IMG/VR virus record: IMGVR_UViG_3300023274_000005
Location: 1 to 51,971 of that record
Strand: one strand, 5' to 3'
DNA length: 51,971 bases
From: a virus
Lineage: Duplodnaviria > Caudoviricetes
Below the pieces are notes generated by a model, which had not been told where the DNA came from, ran no database searches, and worked only from the letters and a program-made list of their open reading frames with translations. Position numbers and translations under genes: made by a program. Of the stretch, positions 28,641 to 37,340 are shown in pieces (positions within the stretch are counted from its first letter, which is position 1; every line of letters begins with the position of its first letter).

Positions 28641-29372
28641 TTAGACCCCCTGCTTGTCCGGGTGCCAAACGTACTTGTGCACCTGTACGTTGAGGTTCCA
28701 GGGGAGGCGATCCTCGATCATCCAGGCACACAGCTGCTCGGTGGTCAGCTCCTGCCCCCAGACGACTCCTGCGTACACCCGAGGCCCGCTACGAGTGACG
28801 TCGACGTACTCCTCGTAGCGGCGCTTGGCTTCGACGTAGTCCTTACGATCCTTGATCGTAAACTTGACTGCATCCTCCTGGTTGAGCTTCTCGAGGTTCG
28901 AGAAGAAGGCGGCTTCGTCCTTGTACACCTCACCAGAGCCAGGAAGTTTCCAGTCCAGGATGAAGTTTCCGATGAGATGCACGATGTTGTGATCCCACCA
29001 TAGCGCTCCGTTGGTAAAGCACTCGACGTTGGCGAAGCTGTTGACCTCACTCACGAACGCCTTGAGTGCCTCCGTGTTCTGGAGGAAGACCTCGCCACCG
29101 GTGAGGCAGACGTTGTCGACACCGAGTTCCACCACTTCCTGGGCCAGAACCAGAGGGTCGACGACGCGCTGCGTCTTGGTGAAGAGCTTCGGATCGATGG
29201 CGTGCTGTGTGTCACATGGCCACCCAGGGCACTTGAAGTTGCAGCCCGCGAAGCGGACGAAGACAGTGGGCCGAGAGGTGTTCGGTCCTTCTCCCTGATA
29301 CGAGACATAGGTCTCCACCACCCTCAGCTTGGGACCGGATACGGCCTCCGAGATGACGTCTGTGTAGGTCAT
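28641..29372 (-). CDS. queE: 7-carboxy-7-deazaguanine synthase (radical SAM)
   Basis: SYQGEG, FVRFAGCNFKCPGWPCDT, LTGGE, QVHKY. Confidence 0.93.
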   Translation of the reverse strand: MTYTDVISEAVSGPKLRVVETYVSYQGEGPNTSRPTVFVRFAGCNFKCPGWPCDTQHAIDPKLFTKTQRVVDPLVLAQEVVELGVDNVCLTGGEVFLQNTEALKAFVSEVNSFANVECFTNGALWWDHNIVHLIGNFILDWKLPGSGEVYKDEAAFFSNLEKLNQEDAVKFTIKDRKDYVEAKRRYEEYVDVTRSGPRVYAGVVWGQELTTEQLCAWMIEDRLPWNLNVQVHKYVWHPDKQGV

Positions 29373-29854
29373 CGAACGATCGCTTCCCTGTTGCCGTAGA
29401 TCGCCATGACCTCTGCACCGTTGGTTCGCGTCTCAGCGATTCGACAGATGACGTCTACGTGGAACGATTCGGCCGCCCACAGTGCGATCCACTTGCAGAG
29501 GTTCTCGACGGTCGGATCGCCCGGGAAGGTCTTCAGGCCAGGCAACTTCTGCTCGACCCCATTCTCCCACTCCTCACCATGGAAGTAGAGGTTCTGTGCC
29601 CAGTCATCACGCTCGTTGAGGAGCAAGTGGTGGTCGTAGTCCTCGTCGATGTGGGCACGGAACGACTTCTTGATGGCGGAGAAGTCGAGGATGTTTCCCT
29701 CGCGGTCCTTCGCCATACCGGTTTCGAGGTCCTGCGCAAGTTCGAGCAGCACCAGTTCGATCTGAAGACCGTGCCCGTGGATCTGTTGGCACTTGCCGGG
29801 TGACTGCGACAAGCGATGTGCAATCTCCGCATTGTGCCGAACCATCATTCTCAC
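29369..29854 (-). CDS. queD: 6-carboxy-tetrahydropterin synthase
   Basis: AHRL, CQQIHGH, DHHLLLN, PTVEN, AET; GTG start after GAGGGAG RBS. Confidence 0.9.
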   Translation of the reverse strand: MRMMVRHNAEIAHRLSQSPGKCQQIHGHGLQIELVLLELAQDLETGMAKDREGNILDFSAIKKSFRAHIDEDYDHHLLLNERDDWAQNLYFHGEEWENGVEQKLPGLKTFPGDPTVENLCKWIALWAAESFHVDVICRIAETRTNGAEVMAIYGNREAIVR

Positions 29855-29870
29855 AGCGCGCTCCCTCGTG

Positions 29871-29942
29871 CGTGTGGAGTTTTGTCCACTACGGATGTCT
29901 AGTTTAACACAGGCCGCATGAAGCTGATTCAAACTCCACACG
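29871..29942. repeat. Full symmetric dispersed element (arm-core-arm) between queC and queD
   Basis: CGTGTGGAGTTT-N19-GTTTAAC-N22-AAACTCCACACG; perfect 12-bp inverted arms. Confidence 0.85.
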
Positions 29943-29956
29943 GCCTGTGGGTCCTA

Positions 29957-30832
29957 TTACTTCTTGACGGCCGTCTTCCAGAACTCGGCGTCCTCGTACT
30001 TGGTGTTGTCTCGGGGTTCGTTCACCTGGTACTCGTGGCTGTTGTCCCACAGCTTGATGGCCTCGTCGATGGCCTCCAGGCGCTCGACGCACGTGCCGCA
30101 CTTGCCGCAGTGCATGCTGTCGCCCTTGTAGCAGCTCCAGGTGTTCTCGAAGGGCACCTTCAGCTTGAGTGCCTCGTAGGCGATGTCCGCCTTGGACATC
30201 TCCAGGTACGGAGCCATGATGAACTGCGGAACCTCCGTACCCGGCTCCAGCTTCGGAATGCTGCCGAAGCCCTCGTTGCCGAGGACGATCGCGACGCTGG
30301 TTGCCATGATGAACTGCGGGCGACAGTCCGGGTACACGAAGTGGTCGCCGGCGTGTACTGCCGTTGCGACACCCTGGTAGCCGTTGTTGACGGCGATGCC
30401 GGCTGCGATGGACAGCATGATCATGTTCCGATTCGGAACGACCGTGAGCTTCATGTTGTCCTCGGCGTAGTGGCCCTCCGGTACCTCGATCTCGTCCTCG
30501 TGCCTGACGGGACCGTTGGGGTCGACGTTCTTCGAGGAGGTGAGGGCCGAGTTGCTGATCAGGTGGGTCAGGTCGGAGAGGTCGATGCAGTCCCAACGCA
30601 GTCCGAGGAGCTGTGCGGTACGTTCGGCGAACACGAGTTCCTTCTTGTGTCGCTGTCCGTAGTTGAACGAGACTAGGTGGGGCGTGTAGCCCCTGCTGAG
30701 CAGGCCGTAGACCAACGTCGTCGAGTCCATGCCCCCGCTGAAGATCACGGCAATGTCCGGCTCCTTGGTGAAGTCGGGGTTCTCTCGCCTGAAGTCCAGG
30801 TAGGACTGCTCAGTGTTGATGGGCTGGGTCAC
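29957..30832 (-). CDS. queC: 7-cyano-7-deazaguanine (preQ0) synthase
   Basis: SGGMDST, FNYGQRH, VPNRN, YPDCR, TWSCY, CGKCGTC. Confidence 0.96.
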   Translation of the reverse strand: MTQPINTEQSYLDFRRENPDFTKEPDIAVIFSGGMDSTTLVYGLLSRGYTPHLVSFNYGQRHKKELVFAERTAQLLGLRWDCIDLSDLTHLISNSALTSSKNVDPNGPVRHEDEIEVPEGHYAEDNMKLTVVPNRNMIMLSIAAGIAVNNGYQGVATAVHAGDHFVYPDCRPQFIMATSVAIVLGNEGFGSIPKLEPGTEVPQFIMAPYLEMSKADIAYEALKLKVPFENTWSCYKGDSMHCGKCGTCVERLEAIDEAIKLWDNSHEYQVNEPRDNTKYEDAEFWKTAVKK

Positions 30833-33021
30833 TTTACTCCTCCGATGAGTGGGTAGTACATCTGTGCACCAGACTCAGTCCGCTTCATGGTGATCTGGCC
30901 ACGTTGGATGAGGGTGTCGAACGTCGTGTTCGCTTGCTGTGCTGTCAGATGGTACGATTGCATCAGGCGCGACCTAGTGATGCCTGGCCGCTTCAGGATG
31001 GCGGCGAGGATCCTTTCGAGCTCACGCTCGTACATGTTCTTGCCGATACCGCCGACTACTTCGATTGCGTAGGCCCTCCACTGGATGCAGTAGCGGATGG
31101 CATGCAGGATGTCCTCTACTTCTACGACAACGTTGTCTTCTCCTACCTGTCTAGCTGCCGATATGAGTACGGCAGCCTTCAGCGTGTTCTTAGCTAGGCG
31201 GTCGAACAGCGGTGTCATCAACTCGGGCTTCTCCGAGTTGAGTCCACTCTGGAGTAATGCACTCTCCAGTTCGTTGTAGCGTACCCAGGCTTCTCGAGTC
31301 AGTGAAGCATCCCAGGTCTCGCGAGCAGGTACGCGTTGTCCTAATGCCTTGACGTACGCCTGCCTGCTCTGACCATAGTGTGCAACCATGGCCTCCATCC
31401 TCTCGAGGAGGATGTCACGATTGCCTAGATCCCTTGCGGTGGGGGGCCCAAGGGGCTGTAGCCTGGACGTGTCAGACTCAGCCGTGACGAAGATGAAACG
31501 GGGGATGAAGCCTGAGGAAACGTGCTCATGTGTGAGCAGTCCCTGTACGCGATTGCGAATGCCTCCCGCAAGGATAAGGAGGATAGGGTGCCTAACCACA
31601 ATCTCTTCCTTGCGCAGGATTCGCTTCTGCATCTTTCCGTCATACAGCTTGGTGAGCACCTCAGCCATGCCAGCATAGTAGTCCTTCTTCGTGATCATCT
31701 CCAGCAAGCCGGAGAACTCATCCCTCAAGAAGATCGATGGTCGCCTCGGCCTCGTGGAGAGACCTTGCATGAGGCCTTCCACCGAGCCGTCGGTAGCCAG
31801 GATTGCGTCCGGATCCACATCCATCAGAAGGTCCGTTGCGATGTCCATCGCCGTCGTCTTGCGTGTCAAGGTCGTGTCGCCCAGGATCATGAACCACAGG
31901 TTCGGTACTACCGGGCCGTAGCTCGTCGGAAGTGTAACACGTCCCGACAGCAATGCACTCAGGATTGTAAATGCACCAGCCTGATGGTACTGGGTCGCAG
32001 CGTCTCCCAGTGATGAGGCCCATTCGATGTACTCCTCTACGAATCCCGTCTGCCTGTTGGCTATCTTGAGTTCCTCCTCCGTCAGGAGCTCAGCGATATC
32101 CGCACCGGGGTAGATGGTCGCGTTGACGCGATCGGTGTACGCAACGAACGCTCTACAGACTTCGACCCAGAGGTAGCTCTTGTCCTTTCCATCTCGGCGA
32201 TACTTGTTGCAGGCACTCTCCCAGGCCACGACAAAAACCTCTTCGCGTGACATGCCCATCTCAAGGAGACACATCTCCAGCTTCCAAAGCTTTTCCGACC
32301 AGCTGTTGTCGTCTGGCGTTACGGCGAACAGGTCGTATACGTTCGGAAGCAACGCGTGCTTGTACTTCTGGAGAATGTCCTCTGCTGGCTCTTGCGGAAG
32401 CTCGGCCGCAGAGGGCATAGGCGTCCGCATGAACTGGCTGGTCTTGACTTCAGGGTAGTCTTCGAAGTCTCGAGGGCTGTACATCGCCCTGAGCTCGCCA
32501 CCCTTGATCATGACCTCGGGCTCGCCGGCATACTTGTAGTTGACGGTACTAGGAACACGAAGCAGCTGAGTCAGATCCCAGCCACTCCTGTCGCAACCGT
32601 CCTCTGCATGGAAGTAGGCGATGCGCTTGCAGAGGTCTTCTGCGATGTGCCCAGGCAGCGGGTGACTCATTCGCCAGAGTGCTTGGTAACGTCTGGGCGA
32701 GCTCTCGACGATGACCGAAGGAGGCTTCAGCATCTTGGTAGGAGGGCAAGTGTCCAGGTCTGCCCAGAGGGTAGGACACGACGCAACAGCGCTCTTGGTC
32801 CTGGTAGTAGTTTCGAACAGCTGAGGACAGTAGTACACGTCGGCGGAGAACTTGCTGTCGTTTGCAAACTTGGCCGCGGCATCAACCTGCTCAGGGTAGC
32901 GGAAGAACCTCTCCTGCATCGACCGCTTGCCTGAGCCAAGGCCGAGTAGCGATACGCACAGGTAGCCTCTAGCTGATGCGCCGAAGACCAGCTGGAAGAA
33001 GGTCTTGATCTGTTGTTCCAT
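30829..33021 (-). CDS. Primase-helicase (RepB-type primase + DUF3987-like P-loop domain)
   Basis: VYYCP, LWADLD, VESSPRRYQALW, LLRVPSTVNYK; C-terminal GDTTLTRKTT and LRDEFSG. Confidence 0.85.
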   Translation of the reverse strand: MEQQIKTFFQLVFGASARGYLCVSLLGLGSGKRSMQERFFRYPEQVDAAAKFANDSKFSADVYYCPQLFETTTRTKSAVASCPTLWADLDTCPPTKMLKPPSVIVESSPRRYQALWRMSHPLPGHIAEDLCKRIAYFHAEDGCDRSGWDLTQLLRVPSTVNYKYAGEPEVMIKGGELRAMYSPRDFEDYPEVKTSQFMRTPMPSAAELPQEPAEDILQKYKHALLPNVYDLFAVTPDDNSWSEKLWKLEMCLLEMGMSREEVFVVAWESACNKYRRDGKDKSYLWVEVCRAFVAYTDRVNATIYPGADIAELLTEEELKIANRQTGFVEEYIEWASSLGDAATQYHQAGAFTILSALLSGRVTLPTSYGPVVPNLWFMILGDTTLTRKTTAMDIATDLLMDVDPDAILATDGSVEGLMQGLSTRPRRPSIFLRDEFSGLLEMITKKDYYAGMAEVLTKLYDGKMQKRILRKEEIVVRHPILLILAGGIRNRVQGLLTHEHVSSGFIPRFIFVTAESDTSRLQPLGPPTARDLGNRDILLERMEAMVAHYGQSRQAYVKALGQRVPARETWDASLTREAWVRYNELESALLQSGLNSEKPELMTPLFDRLAKNTLKAAVLISAARQVGEDNVVVEVEDILHAIRYCIQWRAYAIEVVGGIGKNMYERELERILAAILKRPGITRSRLMQSYHLTAQQANTTFDTLIQRGQITMKRTESGAQMYYPLIGGVK

Positions 33022-33040
33022 ATACTGCCCTAGAGGTTAA

Positions 33041-33073
33041 GAACCGCCCCGAGAGGTGCGCTCGGGGCGGTTC
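33041..33073 (-). terminator. Hairpin terminator after SSB
   Basis: 13-bp inverted repeat GAACCGCCCCGAG/CTCGGGGCGGTTC. Confidence 0.75.
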
Positions 33074-33082
33074 GAAGGCGGA

Positions 33083-33577
33083 TCAGGAAGGCAGCAGCGA
33101 GGTACCCGTCTTGGCGGACGCGGTCTGACTCTGCGAGCCGACCTTCACCTGCTGCTCGGCCAGCGTGGCGAACGACTTGATGTCGTTGCGCTCGTCGTAC
33201 TCCTTGTCGCCGACCTTGCGCGGCGGGGTGATGGTGATGCGGGCCATCAGCTCACCGCCGATCAGGTCGTCGCCCTCGGGGATCTCGAGTTCACCCTCGT
33301 CGACCTCGTAGCCGAGGCCCTTGAGGATGGCGATGATCGTGTAGAGGGCGCCGTCCCAGAGGCAGGCGTTCGTGAAGACCTTGCGGCCCTCGAACTCGGC
33401 CGGCTCGTTGACGGTGAACTCCATGGCGTACATCGGCTTGCCGTTGTTCTTCTCGGACTTCGACTCCTTGAGTGCGACGTCCGAGATGGTCACCTTGTAC
33501 CAGCCCCGGGGGAGCATGACGAGGTTGCCGGCTTCCGACTCCTTCTTGGAGACGTTGACCTGAATGCCCATTGTCAC
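33083..33577 (-). CDS. Single-stranded DNA-binding protein (DUF669-like)
   Basis: LPRGWYKVTI, GRKVF, ERNDIK; adjacent to Sak4-like ATPase; high codon bias. Confidence 0.8.
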   Translation of the reverse strand: MTMGIQVNVSKKESEAGNLVMLPRGWYKVTISDVALKESKSEKNNGKPMYAMEFTVNEPAEFEGRKVFTNACLWDGALYTIIAILKGLGYEVDEGELEIPEGDDLIGGELMARITITPPRKVGDKEYDERNDIKSFATLAEQQVKVGSQSQTASAKTGTSLLPS

Positions 33578-34356
33578 TTCTTCTCTCGTGTAGTGGTGTA
33601 GTAGTCGAGGATCGTTTTCATGGTTACGGGTTCCTCTACCCCGATCACAGCCGGCATGCGGCAGCCACGCACCTTGGCCGTCGCGTTGTCCGTCTGTGCG
33701 GTCAGAAGCAAACGCTTCTGATCCCCGTCGACCTCCTGGTTGTACATGAAGAAGACGAGATCGGGAATCTGTGGGACCTTCATCTGCGTCTTACCGTTCA
33801 GCAGCGGCATCCACTTCTGCTTGCCGCTGTTGAGCTTGACGCGCTCGGCGTGAGCGATGAAGATCACATTCATCGGCAGGTCACGGTACAGGCGAATGAG
33901 GCGGAGCAGGCGAACCTGCATCTTACCCCACTCGCGAAGGGAAGGCACGTCCGCGTCGCGGCTCTCGTTCTCCGGATCGGCCTTCATCTCGACCATGACC
34001 TGTTCGCGGTTCTGTTCGTTGATCTCCGACAGCGAGTCCAGAACCACCGTCTGGTATCCGTGCCCGCCTGCCTTGAGGGCATGGTAGACACTGGTGTAGT
34101 CCTGCCAGGCGGTACACCTGAGCATCTCTACTTCCGGCCACTCCCGAAGCGTGACAGAACCGCCCTCAGCATCGAGGTACAGTACGTTACGCATAGTTGG
34201 AACAGCCGAAGCAGAACCAGCAAGCCAAGTCTTGCCAACGCCAGCCTCCCCGTAGAGGAGCATGTTGATCCTGTCGATGCCCTGCGTCTGTGGTCGCTGG
34301 ATCTTCAGCCCTGCGAAGTTGGTAGGGGTGAGAATCTCAGAAGCGGAACTCACCAT
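33574..34356 (-). CDS. Sak4/AAA_24-like ATPase (single-strand annealing)
   Basis: LLYGEAGVGKT, LDAEGG, VVLDSL, IFIAH. Confidence 0.88.
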   Translation of the reverse strand: MVSSASEILTPTNFAGLKIQRPQTQGIDRINMLLYGEAGVGKTWLAGSASAVPTMRNVLYLDAEGGSVTLREWPEVEMLRCTAWQDYTSVYHALKAGGHGYQTVVLDSLSEINEQNREQVMVEMKADPENESRDADVPSLREWGKMQVRLLRLIRLYRDLPMNVIFIAHAERVKLNSGKQKWMPLLNGKTQMKVPQIPDLVFFMYNQEVDGDQKRLLLTAQTDNATAKVRGCRMPAVIGVEEPVTMKTILDYYTTTREKK

Positions 34357-34570
34357 TCTTCACCCCCTTGACGAAGGCGTCCCACTCTTCGTGGGTGAAC
34401 GCCAAGACCTGATCAGGCCTGTTGCTGTTACGGATGAGGACGGAGCTGCCCACCTCGGCAACCTCGACGCACTGTCCACCGCTACAGAACGATGCCTTGC
34501 GCCACTGAGCCTGCTGCACCTCAACGCAGGAGCCGTTCGCGCAGTGTGCTGCGCGCTGCCACTCGCTCAT
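34337..34570 (-). CDS. DUF397 (BldB-family) protein with duplicated N-terminal motif
   Basis: WQRAAHCANGSCVEV + WRKASFCSGGQCVEVA…IRNSNRPDQVLAFTHEEWDAFVKGVKNGEF. Confidence 0.92.
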   Translation of the reverse strand: MSEWQRAAHCANGSCVEVQQAQWRKASFCSGGQCVEVAEVGSSVLIRNSNRPDQVLAFTHEEWDAFVKGVKNGEFRF

Positions 34571-35913
34571 ACCTGTTCCATCCTCTTGTCTGTACTGGGC
34601 TCCTGATCTTCCCAGTAGTGCCTGTCGAGCTTGTCGAACATTGTGTTCAGCCCGTACTGGACATCTTCGCCACGATTAGTACCGAGGCATACTTCGAAGA
34701 AGGCGCATCCAGAAAAGGTGCTGAAGCCCTTGCAGTGGAACCGGCCAGCGTTGGGGTAGATCGGCAGGCTCGGGTTGGTCATGTCTCGAGCCTCGAGGTA
34801 GATCATCCTCTGGGCCTCTTCGCATTCAGAGTCGTTGCGCTGCACCTCGTGGCGGTAGTGGAAGATTGGTCCCTCTTCCTTCAAGTAGTCCAGGAAGTCA
34901 TCGTACCTACCCGACTCGAAGGCGATGGGATCGTTTTCCTCTACTGTCGACTTGTAGAGGTCATACGTCGTGTCGAGGTTCTTCGAGACAGAGAAGCGAC
35001 GCCCGAGGCGAACGACCTTGAGGGGTTCTGGTTCGTCGGGGACGGCCTTCTTGAGCTCCATGTAGATGAAGCCGAGGATGGGCAGACCAAGCATCCGTAG
35101 CGCCCACACGTAGGAAGTGATCTGGTCGTCGAGTTCCAGGTACTCGTCGTTAACTTCCACTCCGGAGAGACGTGCCGCCGTCTTCCAGTCGCCGATCCAG
35201 TAGTTACCGAACTCGTCCTCGAAGAGGATGTCAAGTCGACCTCCGTAGGTGACGGGCAGACCCTTCCAGATCTTGAAGTACTCCTGCTCAGCAGTCTCAC
35301 CCTGTCCGCCGCAGAGCTCGTCGATGGCCTCGAGGTAACGCTCCCAGCTCCCGTACTCCTTGCGGTACACATCTGACTTCTTAAAGCGACGCCAGCACCA
35401 GTCACACTTGCACCAGAGGTCCTGCTCGCCGGTATCAGGGTTGAGGATGGGGACTTCGAACTTGATCTCGACCTTAACGGGCTTGAGTCGACCGAAGTGC
35501 TCGAGTCTATCGACGTCTGGGTAGAGCTTGCCGAAGTAGTACCTCAGCATACCCTCGCCGAGTCGGACGCGATCGTCGTAGTCGGCCTTCATCTCATCGT
35601 CGATGCCACCGTTCAGGCGGATGTACTTCTCCCGCTGCTCTCGGGTGACTCGCTTGAAGGTAGCGAGTGCAATGGCGAGGGTTGCGGTGGGATCAGGATC
35701 GACGAAGAGTTCCAGACGATTGCGATATGCTGCCTCCATAGCTGCGTGGAAAGCAACTCCGAACTCAAGCGGGCGAGGAGTGACACGTGGGTAGTAGAAC
35801 TGTCGCGAGATCCAGTCCCACCGTCTACGGCATCCACGGAATGACCTCCTCTCAGAGGTATGTATCGAGTGGGTCAAGCCTGCCTCGATGTAGTCGTTCA
35901 CAGTTGAGAGCAT
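34567..35913 (-). CDS. PD-(D/E)XK (Cas4/RecB-like) exonuclease
   Basis: SERRSFRGCRRRW, FGVAFH, GRLDIL, IGDWKT, QITSY, C-terminal Cys cluster. Confidence 0.88.
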   Translation of the reverse strand: MLSTVNDYIEAGLTHSIHTSERRSFRGCRRRWDWISRQFYYPRVTPRPLEFGVAFHAAMEAAYRNRLELFVDPDPTATLAIALATFKRVTREQREKYIRLNGGIDDEMKADYDDRVRLGEGMLRYYFGKLYPDVDRLEHFGRLKPVKVEIKFEVPILNPDTGEQDLWCKCDWCWRRFKKSDVYRKEYGSWERYLEAIDELCGGQGETAEQEYFKIWKGLPVTYGGRLDILFEDEFGNYWIGDWKTAARLSGVEVNDEYLELDDQITSYVWALRMLGLPILGFIYMELKKAVPDEPEPLKVVRLGRRFSVSKNLDTTYDLYKSTVEENDPIAFESGRYDDFLDYLKEEGPIFHYRHEVQRNDSECEEAQRMIYLEARDMTNPSLPIYPNAGRFHCKGFSTFSGCAFFEVCLGTNRGEDVQYGLNTMFDKLDRHYWEDQEPSTDKRMEQV

Positions 35914-35953
35914 CTGCGCGTCCTTGAGGCTATGTTGTTCTTTGTTACCTCTA

Positions 35954-35982
35954 AGTATAATAGACCCCAAGTGGAAAATCAA
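35954..35982 (-). promoter_or_regulatory. Sigma70-like promoter for replication/modification operon
   Basis: Minus strand TTGATT-N17-TATACT. Confidence 0.65.
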
Positions 35983-36143
35983 GCCACGCGCTTGTAGTCC
36001 AAGAGGTCTACGTTGGGCATCAAGTCCACCTGGATCTTGTGCCCGTCGAACCAGACGACGCAGAGCAGATTTGCACTGTACCCCGCTACGTAGATCGTGC
36101 CGCGGTACTTAGTCCTGCGTCGCCTGTGGTAGACGCCGATCAC
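35979..36143 (-). CDS. Small hypothetical protein
   Basis: GTG start overlapping the upstream stop (GTGA). Confidence 0.45.
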   Translation of the reverse strand: MIGVYHRRRRTKYRGTIYVAGYSANLLCVVWFDGHKIQVDLMPNVDLLDYKRVA

Positions 36144-36556
36144 TTGACGACCTTGTCGGTTCGGAAGCCGAGGACGAACTTGCGGTCCTTCAGATCTTCC
36201 TCTTCCGGCCCCAACAAGTTCTTCGGGTGGATGGTCTGGAAGCCATGAGGCTTCATGCACAGCGTACAGAGAAGCCACCCGTACTTCTTGGAGCGACCTC
36301 TAGCGACGCAGGTCAGTCCCGTGCCCTGCTTGGCCAGTGCGTTGGGAAGTACGTAGGGCGGGTGACACTCACACATCTTCGTCGGTGCTTGCCACATAGC
36401 CTCGACAGTCACCCGCTCTAGGCTCTTGTAGCCGTACTCTCCTGTCCCGTTGCCGTTGTCCTTCTCGAAGGCGAAGAGTACATTGCCCTGCCTGACGGCC
36501 TCGACAAAGGCGTCGGCCTCGTCGTTGTCCTCGACGGCGATCAGTACGAGCCTCAC
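36140..36556 (-). CDS. Hypothetical Cys-containing protein
   Basis: CECH and CTLC pairs; GGAGG RBS. Confidence 0.65.
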   Translation of the reverse strand: MRLVLIAVEDNDEADAFVEAVRQGNVLFAFEKDNGNGTGEYGYKSLERVTVEAMWQAPTKMCECHPPYVLPNALAKQGTGLTCVARGRSKKYGWLLCTLCMKPHGFQTIHPKNLLGPEEEDLKDRKFVLGFRTDKVVK

Positions 36557-36864
36557 TTGACCTCCAGAACGCGAATGAGTTCCGACAGGAACTCGTTGGT
36601 GACTCGTTGCTGTTGCAGCACCTGCTCGAGCAGCTCAGCATGTGCTAGGTTGGCGTACATGTTGCACTGCTGCATGTTCCACTGGTTGTCGGCGATCAGC
36701 TCCTTCGCCTGGACGCTCTGCATGAAGGCATAGATCTCGTCCTTCACCCTAGTACCTTTGGCAAAGGCTGCCTGCCTTGCCTCACCCTGGCCCTTGTAGA
36801 TGTCCTCGCGGGACTTGAGGGCTCGCGAGAACATCTCGTACATGTTCCTCAGGTTTACGGACAT
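36553..36864 (-). CDS. Hypothetical helical protein
   Basis: GAGGAG RBS before ATG 36864. Confidence 0.65.
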   Translation of the reverse strand: MSVNLRNMYEMFSRALKSREDIYKGQGEARQAAFAKGTRVKDEIYAFMQSVQAKELIADNQWNMQQCNMYANLAHAELLEQVLQQQRVTNEFLSELIRVLEVK

Positions 36865-36865
36865 T

Positions 36866-37019
36866 GTTTTACACTCCTCTCGTATGCCCACACAACTCCA
36901 CACGCACATCTGAATACGTTAATTGTTAAGAAACCATTTAACGTATACCGCGAAGTCACGTTAAATGTACTCTCACCTGCTCTCACAATTCCAGTGAGAG
37001 TACACCGGGCGTGTGGAGT
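36866..37019. promoter_or_regulatory. AT-rich structured intergenic region bounded by outward-facing element arms
   Basis: Arms at 36893-36904 (-) and 37010-37019 (+); three internal inverted repeats. Confidence 0.6.
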
Positions 37020-37034
37020 AGTGAAGCCATACGG

Positions 37035-37340
37035 CTACTCGGTGGACACGCCGGTCATGTTCTCGGTCAGTGCCTCCTGGGGGATCTTGCGCGTCTCACC
37101 GTTCAGGTGGTACTGCTCGTGCAGGTAGCCGATGCACGGCTGGTCCTTCTTGTGCACGTGGAACGTGGTGGTCTGTGGCTCCGGGCTACCGTACTTTCCC
37201 TGCACGCGCTTCCGCGCCTGCTCTCGTACGACGTCGTGGTCGACGTTGAGGTCCGGTCCGCCGAAGACGTGGTGGTCGCTCTCGAAGATGCCGATCTTGA
37301 TCACGCGGGACGCTCCGTCTGGTTGTGGTCGACGAGACAT
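37035..37340 (-). CDS. Hypothetical protein
   Basis: ORF in operon; typical codon usage. Confidence 0.55.
   Translation of the reverse strand: MSRRPQPDGASRVIKIGIFESDHHVFGGPDLNVDHDVVREQARKRVQGKYGSPEPQTTTFHVHKKDQPCIGYLHEQYHLNGETRKIPQEALTENMTGVSTE

Noticed and set aside
33030-33075. AGAGGTT…-starting stem as a preQ1-I riboswitch
   Set aside because: Wrong strand for the operon, no matching P1 partner or A-rich tail; better explained as the SSB terminator.
34567-35913. Cas4-like nuclease as evidence of a CRISPR system
   Set aside because: Context (Sak4 ATPase, SSB) is a standard phage recombination module.
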